Shown: positions 32,556-45,733 of the stretch, in pieces
Layout of the letters: each line of letters opens with the position of its first letter
How positions within the stretch are numbered: position 1 is the first letter of the stretch
Source: Blastocladiella emersonii ATCC 22665
Lineage: Eukaryota > Fungi > Blastocladiomycota
NCBI GenBank assembly: GCA_025594325.1
Contig: JANHCV010000004.1
Location: forward strand, 744,001 to 808,000
Reading direction: 5' to 3'
Length of the DNA: 64,000 nt
Translations under genes and position numbers: made by a program
The notes under the pieces: model-generated
Told to the model about the DNA's origin: nothing
Seen by the model: only the letters and a program-made list of their open reading frames with translations
The model's database searches: none

Positions 32556-32727
32556 AAAACACGCCTTGTTCATCGCGCTCGGCTCCCGCTCCCCGGCTGC
32601 TTCCAACGACCGACCACCACTCTTCCTGCAACGCATCAACTGCTGGCCCCGTCCGGCCTGACTCGCACCACCCTTATCGCATCCACCTCCGACTCGATCC
32701 CTACCCCCACCACCGCGACTCGACTCG

Positions 32728-35673
32728 ATGCCGCTCCTCACCCAGTACAAGTGCACCTGTCCCGACGGGCACCCGGCGGCTATCCAGAGCGACACGGCCT
32801 CGGGCACCTCGTTCTGTGCCGAGTGTGGCACGGTACGTCGTCCGCCGAGCGGACCCATGCATCCCTGTCCCGCCGATCGCCCGCTGATCCGTTCCCGAAA
32901 TCCGTCCAGGTCCTCGAGGAGAATGAGATTGTGGCCGAGGTCACCTTCGTCGAGGGCGGCAACGGCGGGTCCATGGCGCTCGGCCGCCGCATCAACGCCG
33001 ACAATGCCAACCGCCACGTCGGGCCCGGCTTTGGTCGCGGCATGGGCGGCCGGAACCCCGTCGCCGATGGTGCCTCTTGACCGTGGCCGTGCCCTGATGA
33101 ACCACCACTAACCACCACGACGTGTAGCCCGGCAGACCATCTCGCAGTACGCGTACGCGCTGGGCGTGGGCCGCGAGGCCGTGATCGAGATGGCGCACCG
33201 CATCTACAACCTGGCGTACCTGCAGAACCTGACCAAGGGCAAGCGCAAGGCGCAGGTGTGTGCCGTGTGCCTGTACATCGCGCTGCGCAAGGAGCAGGCG
33301 CCCGTGATGCTGATCGAGCTGGCCGACCTGGTCCAGACGTCCATCTTCCGGCTCGGCACGCTGTTCCAGCTGTTCCGGCGCGAGTTCCCCGCCGTGGCCC
33401 GCGTCGAGGACATTGACCCGTCCATCTACATCCACCGGTTCGCTACGATGCTCGAGTTTGGTGACCGCACCCTCGCCGTCGCCAACGACGCCCTGCTCCT
33501 CGTCAAGCGCATGAAGCTCGACTGGATCGCCGACGGACGCAGGCCCGCGGGCATCTGCGGCACCGCCCTCCTCATCGCCGCCCGCATGCACCACTTCCAC
33601 CGCACCATCAAGGAGATTGTCCATATCGTGAAAATGTCCGACACCACGGTCAAGCAGCGCCTGCGCGAGTTCCAGAGCACCGCCGCCGCCATGCTCTCGG
33701 TCGCCCAGTTCCGCGAAAAGTTCGACTCCAACGACGTCGAGGCCTTCCTCCCGCCCTCGTTTGTCAAGCACCGCGTCGACGAGATCAGGGGCGCCGGCGG
33801 CAAGGTCGTCGTCGACCGCCCCGACGTCACCGTCCCCGAGTCGGCCAAGAAGAAGAAGACGGCGGCCGCCGCGGCCGCGACCGACTCGGACGAGGAGGTC
33901 CTCGAGAAGGACTCGTCCGACGACGACGACGAGATGCAGCCCGACTCCGATTCCGACGACGAGGAGGAGACGGTCGCCGCGACCATCGCCACCACCCGCC
34001 GCCGCGCCGCCAAGGCCAAGGCCACGGCCAAGCCCGCGTCGCAGCAGCAGCGCCAGGTCCTCACGCCGCCCGCGACCCAGCAGCAGCAGCCGCCGCGCCC
34101 GCGCGCACGCAAGACCACGCGCCGGTCCGCCATGTTCGTCACGTCGTCCGACGACGAGGACAGCGACAAGGAGGCCGCCGCCGCCGACGAGTCCGACTCG
34201 GAGAACGAGGCCATCGGCGCGGCGGCGGCGTCGCGCAAGAAGGCGGCCAAGGCCAAGAAGCAGCGCAAGCCCGCTGCCGCCACGCGCACCCGGAAACGCA
34301 CCGTCGTCGACTCGGACGAGGACAACGACGAGGCCGAGAAAAAGGACGGCGCCACGGGCAGCGAGGAGGAGGACGAGGAGGACGACTACGAGGCGGAGCT
34401 CGGCCGCAACATCGAGCGGCTCAGCCGCAAGCTGCTGTCGAGCACCGCGGCGTCCGAGGCCAACAGCAAGAAGAAGCGCAAGCCGGCCGCCGCTGCCGAG
34501 GGCGACGACGACGACGAGGCCGAAACGGCGTCGACGTCCGCGAAGCCGAAGCCCAAGGCGCGGCGCAAGCGCGCGCGCGCTCGCGAGCCCGCATCGGAGG
34601 CGGCGGAGCCCGAGGTCGACCCGATCCCGCTGTCGTCCATCATCTCGGAACTCAGCCGCAACCTGCCCAAGAACTCGTCGACGCAGGGCACCTTCACCGA
34701 GGTGCACGCGGGCGCCATCAAGAAGCCGTCGGAGCTCGACCCGCTCAGCGAGATCCTGCCCATGTCCAAGCTGATCGCGCAGGCGCAGGCCGACGCCGCG
34801 GCCGCGGCTGCCGCCGGCGGCGAGGGGGAAGAGGGCGAGGCCATGGCGCTCGATCCCGAGGACGAGGAGGACGACGAGGAGGCGGTCATGGCGATTGACG
34901 AGGACGACGACGACGAGGAGGGCATCGAGGCGCCGTTCCCGACGCCCGCGGCCACGGGGCAGCTCCCGCCGCCGCCGTCGCTCAAACTCACGCCCGCGGC
35001 CGTCGCGGGGCTCGAGCTCGTGACCGACCTCGGGGTCGCGCCGCCCGACCCGGACCGCGGGCGCGTGACGCTGACCGAGGCCGACATGCGGCTCAGCGAC
35101 CTCGACGACGACGACGACGTCAAGAACGCCATGGTGCCGCTCGACCAGGTCGAGGCCCGCACCCACGTGTGGCACTCGCTCAACTACGACTGGATGCAGG
35201 CGCAGGCCGAGAAGCAGCGCCGCGCCGAGGCCGCGCTCGCCGCCGGCGGCGCCGCGGGGAAGCCACGCCGCAAGCGCAAGGCCCGCGCTGACGGCGCGGG
35301 TGGCGGCGGTGGTAGCGGCGCGGGCGGGCACGATTTCGGGTCGGCCGCCGAGGCCGTCCACTCCATGGCCCAGCAGCGCATCTCGACCAAGGTCAACCAG
35401 TCGCAGCTCGCGGAGCTGTTCGACTTTGACTCGATGCTCAAGGGCGCCGGCGCCGGGGCCGGCGCGCGCGCCATGCTGCCCAACGACGAGGACAGCGGCG
35501 GCGCTGTCGCTGGCGGCGCGAACGGTGCGGGTGGCCCGTACGACGACTGGTACGGCGACGAGTACGACGAGGAGCCGTACGCGGCGGGCGGCGCCGGTGC
35601 CGGGCTCGAGCACGACGACGATTACGGCGCGGACGGCGGCGCGCAGTTCAGCGACGGCGAGGCCGAGGTGTAG
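32728..35673 (+). CDS. BRF1: TFIIIB subunit Brf1 (TFIIB-related), 3 exons
   Basis: Zn ribbon (CTCPDGH...FCAECGTVLEEN..V.EVTF), cyclin folds (AVCLYIALR, IDPSIYIHRFA, W..DGRRPAGICG.ALLIAARMH) and C-terminal TBP-binding blocks (W...N.DW..AQ.EK; SAAEA...M....STKVN). Confidence 0.95.
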
Positions 35674-36309
35674 AGAGTGGGTGTGGTGAACGAGGAGCGT
35701 GGGTGTGTCAGGGGACGGGGGCGGGTGGGTGCGTCGGCCGGCGGAGGGTGGCGCAGCGCAGCACACACGCGCAGCATCGATCGCGATGAATACAGTGCAC
35801 TGGTTGCGAACAACAAAAATCAGGAAGGAAAGTGCTTGCGGCTGCGGTGGGAAGGTGCCGCGCACGGTGCGCTGCGCCGCGTGGGAACCCGGGAGCGGCC
35901 GGAGCTGCGCGCGTGTCTCGCGGAAGGTGCGAGACGCGTTTCCCTCGCGACGCGTCGCTGTGCGCTGGTCCCCTTCATGAGTTAGAGTTGACGGCCACGA
36001 CGAGGTCGCTGGCAAGGTTATATTTTCTCACACCCCGAAGCAAAGTCAAACACGCCCGAATTTGATTGGTGCGCGTGAGAGTGCACACGCAGAGTGCGCA
36101 CGCAGCACAAGGCGAGCGAATTCGACGCAGCAGCGCCACCGCTTGCGCGCGGGGGATTCACACGCTGGCCGGCCGCCGCCCTCAAAGTCCCTCGCCACCC
36201 CCGGCCGCCCTCCTCTCTCTCTCCTCGCATCAACCAACGTATCACACGCACGCACGCAAGCAGACTTTGCACCACCACCCTCCTTTCCTCGCATCCTCAC
36301 TTAGCAGCC

Positions 36310-38762
36310 ATGGCCACCGAGACCGCCGCCGCTGCTGCCGCCTCGCCCAAGCTCCCCGAGCTCGCGCTCCCGACGCTGGCCGCCCCCGAGGTCCCCGCCA
36401 AGGACACGCCGGTTGCTGCTGCTGAAGCTGCTGCTGCGCCCGAGGTCGCTGCTGCCGCTACCGAGGAGGCCGCGTCGTCGGACGCCGCCATCCTGCCCGT
36501 TACCGAGGCGAGCGACGAGGAGGCCAAGAACGAGGAGACGTCGACCGAGGCCGCCGCCGTCGAGGCCCCGGCGCCCAAGCCCAAGAAGAAGCTGCTCGAC
36601 GTGTTCCGCCGCAACAAGTCGGCGTCGCCCATCACGGCCGAGCCCGCTGCCTCGACGAGCGAGGCCGAGGTCGCTGAGCCCGCCGCGGCCGTCGAGCCCG
36701 AGGCTGCCGCTGCTGCTGAGGGTACGCTTCGCTCTCTACGCTTAACCTTGTTGCCGCCGTGCTCGCTGGCGCAGTCGCTCCCGCTGCTGCGCGTTCCGCC
36801 ACCGCCCCCTCGCCGCGTCGCAGCCACTCTTTGCCGAGCTTGTGCTGCTGTGCACGACAACAAGCCACCGCCTCCCACTCTGCCGCCGACGCCGCACTTC
36901 ATGAACATCGCCGATGCGGCGGTGCGTCACTCCCTGTGTGGCGAACGAGCACGAGGGCGGCGGGTGGCGTATCGCGCGAGCTGTGGCGACGAGCGACTGC
37001 TGCGCCGCACCGACTTGCCGTGTTTGGGTCGATCGAATTCTCATCACTCACACCTCGCCCCTCGCTCGCGTCCGTAGAGCCCGCTGCTGCCGAGACCCGC
37101 GAGCCCGCGACGGCCGAGGAGGAGCCCCGCGTCAAGTCGCCCATCGCCACCACCTTCACGCGCCTGTTCAAGCCCAAGGCCGCCAAGGCCAAGAAGGACG
37201 CGGCCGCCGCCGCCGCGCCCGCGGTTCCCGCCGCCGAGGACGAGGTCGTGGACCTGACCCCGGCCGCCGCCGCCGTCGAGGCTGCCGTCGCCGAGGTGCA
37301 GGCCGAGGCCGAGGCCGCCGTCGAGACGACCGAGGCTGCCGTCGAGGAGTCGGCCGCTGCCGCCGAGGACAAGGCCGAGGAGTCGGCTGCCGCCGTCGTC
37401 GAGGAGGCCAAGAAGGAGAAGGCCAACTTCTTCGACCGCATCTCGTCCACGCTCCGCCGCCCGTCCAAGGCCCCCAAGCCCGCCGCCGCCACCGAGGCGT
37501 CCGCGACCGAGGAGGCTGCTGCCCCCTCCGCGCCGGCCGAGGAGGAGGCTGCTGTCGCTGAGACCGAGACCGCTGTCGCCGCCGAGGAGGCCGCCGCTGC
37601 GCCCGTCGAGGAGCAGGAGGCGGCCGAGCCCGCCGCCGCCAAGACCGAGGAGACCCCCGCCGCCGCTGCGACCCCCGTCGCCAGCAAGCGCGAGTCGGGC
37701 CTCTTCTCCAAGCTCACCCTCACCCTGCGCCGCGGCGGCAACTCGCCCAAGTCGCCCGAGCCCGCGGCCGAGGAGCCCATCGTTGCCGTCGAGGAGCGCC
37801 CCGTCGAGGCTGCTGCCGAGGAGACCCCCGCCGTCGCTGCCGCTTTGGCCGAGGCCACGGCCCCCGAGGTCGTCGAGGGCGAGATCATGAGCGACGCCGA
37901 GCCCGCCATCGCCGCGACCCCGGCCCCCGCTGCCGCCCCCAAGCCCAGCGTGTTCCGCCGCCTCACCCTGTTCCGCAAGGAGCGCAAGGAGGCCGCCGCA
38001 GACGAGTCGGCCGACGAGCAGGAGGAGCCCGTCGCCGCCGTCGCGGCCGAGCCCGCCCTCGCCGCTGTTGTCGAGGAGGAGGCGGCTGCGCCCGCCGCCA
38101 CCGCGTCGTCGCCGCACGGCGCCGTCGTGCACGCCGGGTACCTGCTCAAGTCGGTCGGCCTGACGCGCGGCATCCACCGCCGGTACTTTGCCCTGTTTGA
38201 CCACGGCGTGCTCGCCGCCGCGACCCACTCGCTCGACGCTGGCGCCACCCCGTCCAAGATCTACGCCCTGTCGACGGCCTCGGCCGCCGTCGTCCCCGCG
38301 CCCGCGGCTGCCGGCGGCGCGCGCCTCGAGTACGAGTTCGAGGTCAAGGTGTCGCCCAAGAAGTCGCTCCGCCTCGTCGCTAACACCCCCGCCGAGCGCG
38401 ACGCGTGGATCGCCGCGATCATTGAGCAGGTCGAGGCCCTCAAGGACGCCGAGATCGCTGCCAAGGAGAAGGCCGAGGCCGAGGCGGCTGCGGCTGCCGC
38501 TGCCGCGGCGGTCGTCGCTGACCAGGAGGCGTCCCGCGACATTCGCGTGTCCGAGGAGTCGGAGCAGGCCGCCGCCGCCAAGGAGGAGACCGCCGAGGTC
38601 GTCCCCGAGAAGAAGAAGGCCGAGGAGGCGAAGGAGACCGCCGCCGCCGAGGTCCCCGAGGTCGAGGCGACCCCCGTCGTCGCCGCCGTCGAGTCCAAGA
38701 CCGCCGAGGAGGAGCCAACGCCCGCTGCCGAGGCCGCCGCTGCCGCGCCCGCCGCCGTCTAA
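36310..38762 (+). CDS. Ala/Glu-rich disordered protein with a PH domain (exons about 36310-36721 and 37078-38762)
   Basis: PH signature HAGYLLK.......RRYFAL ... FEV......LRL.A....ERDAWI.AI; repeated short basic F.RL motifs; TAA at 38760-38762. Confidence 0.85.
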
Positions 38763-39091
38763 GTGGCCGCACGGTGTCGTCGTCGTCGGCGAAGCGGTTG
38801 GGCGGCGCGCTTCAAACCCGTTCCCCGCGCGCTCGACCGCCCCTCGACTCCTCCCTTCTTCCTTATATAGACGCTAGCCCTCCTTGGTCACTCGATTCCT
38901 CTCGCATCCTGTTCTGTTCCACTCATTCATTCTGTCATGTTGTATTGCACGTTTGCTCTTTCGGTTAATCAAAACGATTTCGGATCAAACTCGGTTACGG
39001 GACATAAGCGACGCGACGCGACGCGTTCTCGCGACACGGACAGCGCAGGAAGCGAACGAGATCGATGAAGACAAAATTGAACAGACAAAAC

Positions 39092-41828
39092 TCACGAACG
39101 CGCGCTCTCGTACGCGCTCCACCCGACGGGCGCGACGCGCTTGAACTCGGCCACGCACTCGGACCGGCCCGACTGCTTGAACTTGTTGACACTGCGCTTG
39201 ATCCACGCCGCGTCGCGGACCGCGTCGAGCGCGCCGTCGGGCACCTGGCGCCAGAAATCGGCCATGACGGGACACCCCTTCTTCGAGATGGTGCTGAGCA
39301 GCGCGCCGAGATCCGCGCCGATCAGGACCCGCACCAGCTCGCGCACGGGGAACTGGACGTGGTGCGCGCGGCAAGCCGCGGGCATCGCCGCCTGCGCCTG
39401 CGCCTGCGCCTTCTTGCTGCGGCTCCCGCCGCTCGTCTTGTTGAACGGCTGGTCGAGCCGCGTGCTCAGCTCGAACAGGCGCCGGATCGCCGTCTTGCTG
39501 AACTCGGGCAGCTGCGCAAGCCCAACGCCGCGCGCGCCCAGCAGGTCGCGCAGCGTCGCGAACCACGGCGACTGGCCCGACAGCGTGCACTGGTTGCACG
39601 TCCGCGCGGCGACGCCATCGATGGCCGAAGTGTACTCGAGCACCGCGCGCAGCTTGCACCCGCTGGCATCGAACTGCGCGGCGACCATGATCCCGAGCAG
39701 CTTGCGCGCGAGGGACGCGTTCCCCGCGACCTGCGCGAGCGCGCGGGCCCGCGTCGCCGGGTGCTGGAACCCGCCGACGACGAGCCAGTGCGCGCACGTG
39801 TACCCCTCGCAGTCGGCTTCCTTGGCGCGGTTGAGGACGGCGACCATGAGGTCGAACAGCGGCGCGATTTTGTCTGCGATCGTGAGGCCGGCGAACACGG
39901 ACGCGAAGCGGCGGCCCGGGTCGGCGAGCGGCTGCGTCTTGAATGAGTTGGGGTCGCGGCCCGCGTGGATGATGGCTGCGAACCGGCCCGTGAGCATGGG
40001 CAGCTCGCTGGGCAGTTCCTCCTGCGCAAACTCGAAGAGACGCCGCGCGTTAGCCATGCCGGGCGAGTGGTGCATGAGACAGGCGTAGAAGGCTATACAC
40101 GCGCACGCGAGAACGTTAGTTAGTTAGGGAGAGCCGCGCGCTCGCAAACGCTCGCGTACCATGCTCGACAACTGTCGCGAGCTGCGACCCGATCCGCGAG
40201 AGCACCTCGTCCTTGAACCCGGGGAGCACCAGGTCGGCGCTGCGGTTGAGCACGCGGGTCAAGAGGAACCCAAGCGTGTCCGTGTCGAGCAGCTGGTCGG
40301 CCTCGAAGACACTGAGTACGTCGCTGGCGCCGATGCCACCAACCACATTCTGCCGAACCAAGACTGCAAGTTCAGCCCGCTGCTCGGGCTTCGCGCTTGA
40401 GAGCAGCTTCTTCGAGTAACGTGTGAGCGCGTGCGACAGGACCTCGTGCATGTGCGGCTTCATGAGGTGCGAGAGCAGGTTCGCGGCGAGAAGCATGTTG
40501 GCGAGGGGCTCCGCCGACTGCATGAGCCAGTCGAGCGTGCGCGTCACGTCAGCGGCGGCCTCGGACTTCTTGGGAAAGTGGTGGTTGAGGACGGCGCTCG
40601 GAAGATAGTGGCCCAAGCCCAAGCGGAGCATGCAGGGCACGTCGAGCGCGATGCCCAGGTCGGTCACGCCCTCGAGGAATCCGGGCTTCCACGAATAGAC
40701 GGCAAGCAGCGCGAGGTAGTCGACGAAGCGCATTGGTTCAGGTGTCGCGCAAAAGTGAGAGATGGACGAGCCGACGTTTGAAGGGTGTGTGAAAAACCAC
40801 TCGGTGCTCTTGATCTCGAGCAGCTCGGGCGCCCATTCGACCGTGGCTTCGAGCGCCCAGCGCGCCGACGTCGCGTCGCACTGCGTCGAGGTCCAGTAGA
40901 GCAGCCGCAGCTGGCAGTACACGGGCGACTCGGTGCACGACGGGATCCGCGGCGGCTTGCGGTGGTACGCGCGGTCCTCGAAGTAGTCGAGGTCGTCGTA
41001 TTCGGGCTCGCTCCCGTCGACGTACGGTTCCTCCGAGTCGTCGTAGTAGGCGTCGGAAAACTCGGAGTCGTACTCGTCGTCGTCCTCGTCGTCGAAATCC
41101 GAGTCGGTTTCCTCGTCCGAGTCCGAGTGCTCCGACAAGTCGTCTCCGTTGTTGCCGCCGCCATGGTTCAAGTTAGCGGCACCCGCGTTGGCGGCCGTCG
41201 CGTTAGCAGCAGTCGGAGCGGTAGCGGTCGTGTGGATAGCGGAAGCGATGGCGCCCGATCCAGTTGAAGCGCCCGACTTCGGAGCGGCGGGCGGCGTAGG
41301 CTTGCCGAGCTCGTTCGTCGGGCGCGAAACGAGCGCGAGGAGCTTGTCCGGGTTCGACGCCCAGCTCGCGCGCAGCGGCTGCATGATGTCGAGGAAGACG
41401 TTCGACGCGGCGAGGAAGAAGTTGCGGTTGGGGCGCTTCGTGGAGTAGTCCTTGGAGTGGTACAGGTAGCCGCCCAAGTCGGTCTCGGGGAGCTCGTCAG
41501 GGTGCGTCCAGCGGAGCTCGTCGTCGTCCAAGACGCTCCGCAGCCACGGCGTCAGGCGGCGCCGGTTCCACACGCGCTTGACGCCCCATTCGGAAACAAT
41601 GTCGTGGAACTCGCGCGTCGCGGTGGAGACCTCGTCGCGCGGGTCGGCAACCTGGAGCACCGTGATGAGAAGCTCGGACGGAAGCAGGCTGAACTCGAAC
41701 TCGAACTCGAACTCGAACTCGTCGGCGACGCCGCCTGAAAGCGCGAGGTCGTCGGTATTCGCGCCGAGATCGGAATGCAGCAAGTTTTGATTCATAATGT
41801 GTTCATTCGATTGCATGGTAGGGGGCAT
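39092..41828 (-). CDS. Array copy 1 (intact): F-box-like protein, exons 41828-40160 and 40092-39092, 889 aa
   Basis: F-box-like FSLLPSELLITVLQVADPRDEVSTATREFHDIVSEWGVKRVW. A 67 nt phase-1 intron (GTACGC...CTAAC...TAG) joins the two ORFs in frame. Confidence 0.85.
41691..41720 (-). repeat. (GAACTC)5 coding microsatellite giving EFEFEFEFEF just before the F-box of copy 1
   Basis: Read directly from the sequence; absent from the other copies. Confidence 0.9.
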
Positions 41829-41878
41829 GGACGAATGAGCGACGCCTCGAGTTTCGACCTCGATCGGACGTTTCGCTC

Positions 41879-41903
41879 AAAACGTGATTTCGCGACGCGT
41901 CTC
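41879..41903. promoter_or_regulatory. Conserved upstream motif of the array (AAAACGTGATTTCGCGACGCGTCTC)
   Basis: Related copies at 45581-45605, 48155-48179, 50156-50179 and (degenerate) 52781-52805, each 50-100 bp upstream of a copy's start codon. Confidence 0.65.
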
Positions 41904-41989
41904 ACCGAGCGCTGCCACCTCGCGAGGGCTCGCTCCTCGTTATCCTCGCGTCATTGAGGCTGCAAATGCAGTTTATTGGATATCACAAC

Positions 41990-42360
41990 TTCGAGGGCCC
42001 GTGCGGCGCCACTCGCTTGAGCTCGGCGAGGCACGCTCTATTCCCCTCGCGCAACCCCGTATTGGACCCGTTCAGAGTCGCGGACCGCGTCGAGTGTGCT
42101 GTCCGGAACGAGGCGCCAGAATTCGACCATAATGGGGCACTTTTTCTTCGTCAGGCCTCGCTGCGACCACACGTCTGCAATAGTGTTGCGGCGAGCGCTC
42201 GTACGTGCCGGCTTGCGGGTCTGACTTCCGCACGCGGCTCTGCTCGCAGCTCGCGGTCGTCCGGCTCGGAGCCGCACGTACCACCTTGGCCACCTCCAGG
42301 CTCGGCACTTGCACGTGAAATACGTGCCGAGCGGCGTGCGGCACGCGAGCTCAAGGAGAG
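41990..42360 (-). pseudogene. Array remnant: 3' end only
   Basis: ACRT(fs)HVFHVQVP and KKKCPIMVEFWRLVPDSTLDAVRDSE match the C-terminus of the family; the rest of the gene is missing. Confidence 0.75.
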
Positions 42361-42976
42361 AACTCACCCCTCGCTGCCGCCGCTGAGTTCAAGACATAAA
42401 CGTGAGGGCTATGCAACACGTTTATCGAGAATATATGAACGTGTTCTGCGGTCAATCATTATTTGTCCTTGTGGTCATGACCGAGATTTGAGGCCAAGTT
42501 GACCATGGTCGTGGTCAACTTGGCCATGGCCATCGTCTCCTTCACGTACCCCCTCACGACCATCGTCCCCTCAGCCACTTACTGCGCGAAAGTTGTTGCT
42601 GACGTGAATGTCGCTCACTTCCGCCCAGTCTGGGGCCAATAAAACGCCATCACATCACGAACGCTCGCGTGCGCTCGCGAGCGGTACAAGCCACAGCCCC
42701 TGGGCTCGCCGCTCGTACGCGCCTCGCCTCGGCTGGGCGAGCGGTGCCGGTCGCACGGGCGAGCCTGCGAGCCGCACGTGCGCCGAGCCAGATTCAGCAA
42801 CACTAGTCTGCAACGCGCATGTGTCATCGAAACGCGTCTCGCGTCAAAGTGCTCAGGTCGTAAAACGAAGTTCTCCGTTATAATCCATGGGCAGCGTGCA
42901 GGAAGAAATGATGAATCCGATTATCAACTACAGACATAAATAGCCCGCGATCGCGGGGGCCGCGCGCTTGATCTCC

Positions 42977-45507
42977 TCAATGCACGCCAGCTCGCGGTAG
43001 CCATAGCGCAGGAGTCCGCGCCAAACCCAAGTCAACTTCACGTAGCTCGTTGATTGCTCCGTCAGGAATCAGGCGCCAGAAATTGGGCATGGTTGGACAC
43101 CCGTCGGCGGCCACGACGTCAAGAAGTGTGTCAAGGTCCGCGCGGATCAGCAAGCGCATCAGCTCGCGCACGGGAAACTCAACGTTGTGCTTGCGGCACG
43201 CCTCGGAAATCCGCTTTGAGGGCTTCCTGACCCCTGACCTGCGGTCGAACGGGCGGTCCAGACGCGAGCTACTGTCAAAGAACCGGCGGAAAGCTGCCTT
43301 GGCAAACTTGGGAAGCTGCTTGAGTCCGCCGCTCACGCCCAAGAGATCAAAGAAGGTCTTGAACCACAACGCCTGGCCCGAGAGGTCGCACCGGCTGCAC
43401 GTCTGGGCGGCGTCAGGACCGAATGTGAGCGACCCGCGCGTGCAGCATCTGCCAATCTTGAGCTGCGCCTCGACCATGACCCCAAGCAGCTTTGGGGCGA
43501 GATCCGACACTTTCTTGACGCGAAGCATTGCGGCGTCGCGAGTGGAAGGGTTCTGGAGCGCGGCGACAAGGATCCAGTGAGCTGAGGCCAATTCGGAGCA
43601 TTTCTCCACGGGCGTCGCGGTGATGACAAGCATGGCGAGCTCAAACAGCTCCGTGACGTGAAGGTTGGTCGGGTTGAGAAAGAACGCATAGAGCCGCTTC
43701 CCTGCATTGGCAAGCGGTCATCGCTCCTTCTCGGCAAAGGGATCACGCCCTGTCGTTACGTTAAGCAAGTCGCGAACTTGCCGATGAGCTCGGCCATGTG
43801 GTCTGGCAGGGATCGCAACGCAAAGTCAAAGGTCCGCCGTGGCCCGGCCATGCCCAATTCCGGCAACATGAGACACTGGTAGAACGCTACACCATACCAG
43901 GCGCGAGGTTGGGTAAGTTACAGGTGAGAATCTCTTGTGCCTCGAACCAATGTACCAATGAGGACCTCCTCCACCAAGCGGGAGCCAATTTGTGCGATGA
44001 CTTCCCCATGGAGCTCGGAAAACGTTTCGTCGCGGTCCTTGCCAAGAGTGTGTGCCAAGAGGAAGGCAAGAGTTTCTGGGTTGAGCAACTTGTACTGTTT
44101 GAGTTGATCAAACACGTCGGTCAAGGTACCAATCACGTCCTGGCGACACCACACGGTGAGCTGCGCACGCTGCAGAGGTGTCGCGCAGTTGAGAAGCTGC
44201 TTTGGATGGAGCGCAAGAACGTAAGCAAGAGTTTCGCGCATGTAAGGCTGCATGAGATACGCGAGCGCGCTCGCCAAGATAGGCTGCAGCTCCAGCAAGT
44301 ACGCGGCTGTGCCCCCGTAGCAGGTATGGTCAACAAGCGGTGACAAGTCGGCAAAGAGCCAGTCAAGTGTGCGAATGACATCGCCATTCGCTCAAGCGGC
44401 CTTGGGAAAGTAATGCTCTGTCAGTTTTCGGAAATCGAGATGGACAGAGCACAGTTTGATGAGATAATCAGTATCGAGGACAAGATCAAGAGCAGTGACG
44501 CTCTCAAGGAAGCCGGGGTTCCAGGAAATGATGGCGATTAGCGCGAGAAAGTCGAGGAGACTCAAGTGGTACGGAAGTCGTGTTTTGGCCAGGTTCAACG
44601 AATTTCCAATGAAGTGCACGCGGAACCAGTCCTTGGAGACCTCGTCAAGCAACTTGGGCACAGCCGCGAATGTGTCTTTGAGCAACTGGCAGGCCGATGT
44701 CGAGTTGCCATGCGTGATGGCATGGACGAGCAGTTGAACTTGTGAGAAGACGGGAGACTTGATGCATGAAGGAATACAATCGTTTGAGTCGTTGCCGCTG
44801 AGTAAGCTCTGAAGATGGCTGCCGAAGTTGGCGAGAAGTAACTCGCTCATCCAAGCGTGCCCAGCTTCGGCTTCGGCGTCGGCTTTGGCAAGCTGAAGTT
44901 GCTGGCCGTCACCGACACCATCCGGACCAAGACCAATCTGCAAGGCAGCATCTGCTATAGCCGTGGCGATGGTGGTAAGCACGTTGTTGCTCGGGTCAAG
45001 TTTGGCGAGATTGGGAGCCGTCGCAAGCGCTTGAAGCTGATTTCTATCATCGGACGCCCACAACAAGCGAAGCGGTTTTAGAATGTCGAGGAAGAGGTCC
45101 GAAGCCGCGCGGAAAAATTTGCAGTTGGGAGCGATTGAGGAATCCGCGGTGCTAATAGCCCTGAAGTAGCCATCCAGGTCCGTGCGCGGTAGATAATACG
45201 ATTGGTTAATGGAGCCAGCTTCGGGAAGGTCAAAAGGATGCTGTTCGCGGAGCCAGTGAGAAAGCCAACGGCGGTTCCAAACCCGCTTTACGGGCCATTC
45301 GGATGAGATGATGTGCAGCTCGCGGGTCGCGACGCTGAAGTACCCGCGCGGCTCGGTGAGTTGCATGCCTGCGATAAGGAGCTCGGACGGAAGCACGCCA
45401 AGGTTGAAGTCGACATTGGCGCTGCCCGCGTTCAAAAGAGTGTCGGCATTCGAGCCGCAGGCATGTTGCATGGAGTTTTCATTCATTTTAGGTTCATGTG
45501 AGTTCAT
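42977..45507 (-). pseudogene. Array copy 2 (disrupted)
   Basis: In-frame TGA at 44392-44394; conserved 69 nt intron at 43955-43887; stop plus frameshift near 43760-43710; all family motifs are otherwise recognisable. Confidence 0.85.
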
Positions 45508-45733
45508 GGCAAGGATTTCCATTGAGAGCTGCCGCGATGCTTGGCCAACTTCGCCTGCAGCCTCAACTGGTCACCTGCCCAAAACGTGATTTCGCGGCGC
45601 GTCTCCACGTCCTGCGTCTCACGTCCCGTTCTGCACCACTTAGCCCCCCTGTTCTGCACGACCTCAACGATAACTTCGAGAGAGATCTGAAATTGTATGA
45701 CAAGAACAACTCAGCGAGGCACAGAGCCTAGCT

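Larger units (their letters stand above)
26029..32565 (-). mobile_element. Mutator-like (MULE) DNA transposon, 6537 bp, GG...CC termini, 9 bp TSD TTGTTCATC
   Basis: Long TIRs; direct repeat TTGTTCATC at 26020-26028 and 32566-32574; internal MULE DDE and SWIM coding sequence. Confidence 0.92.
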
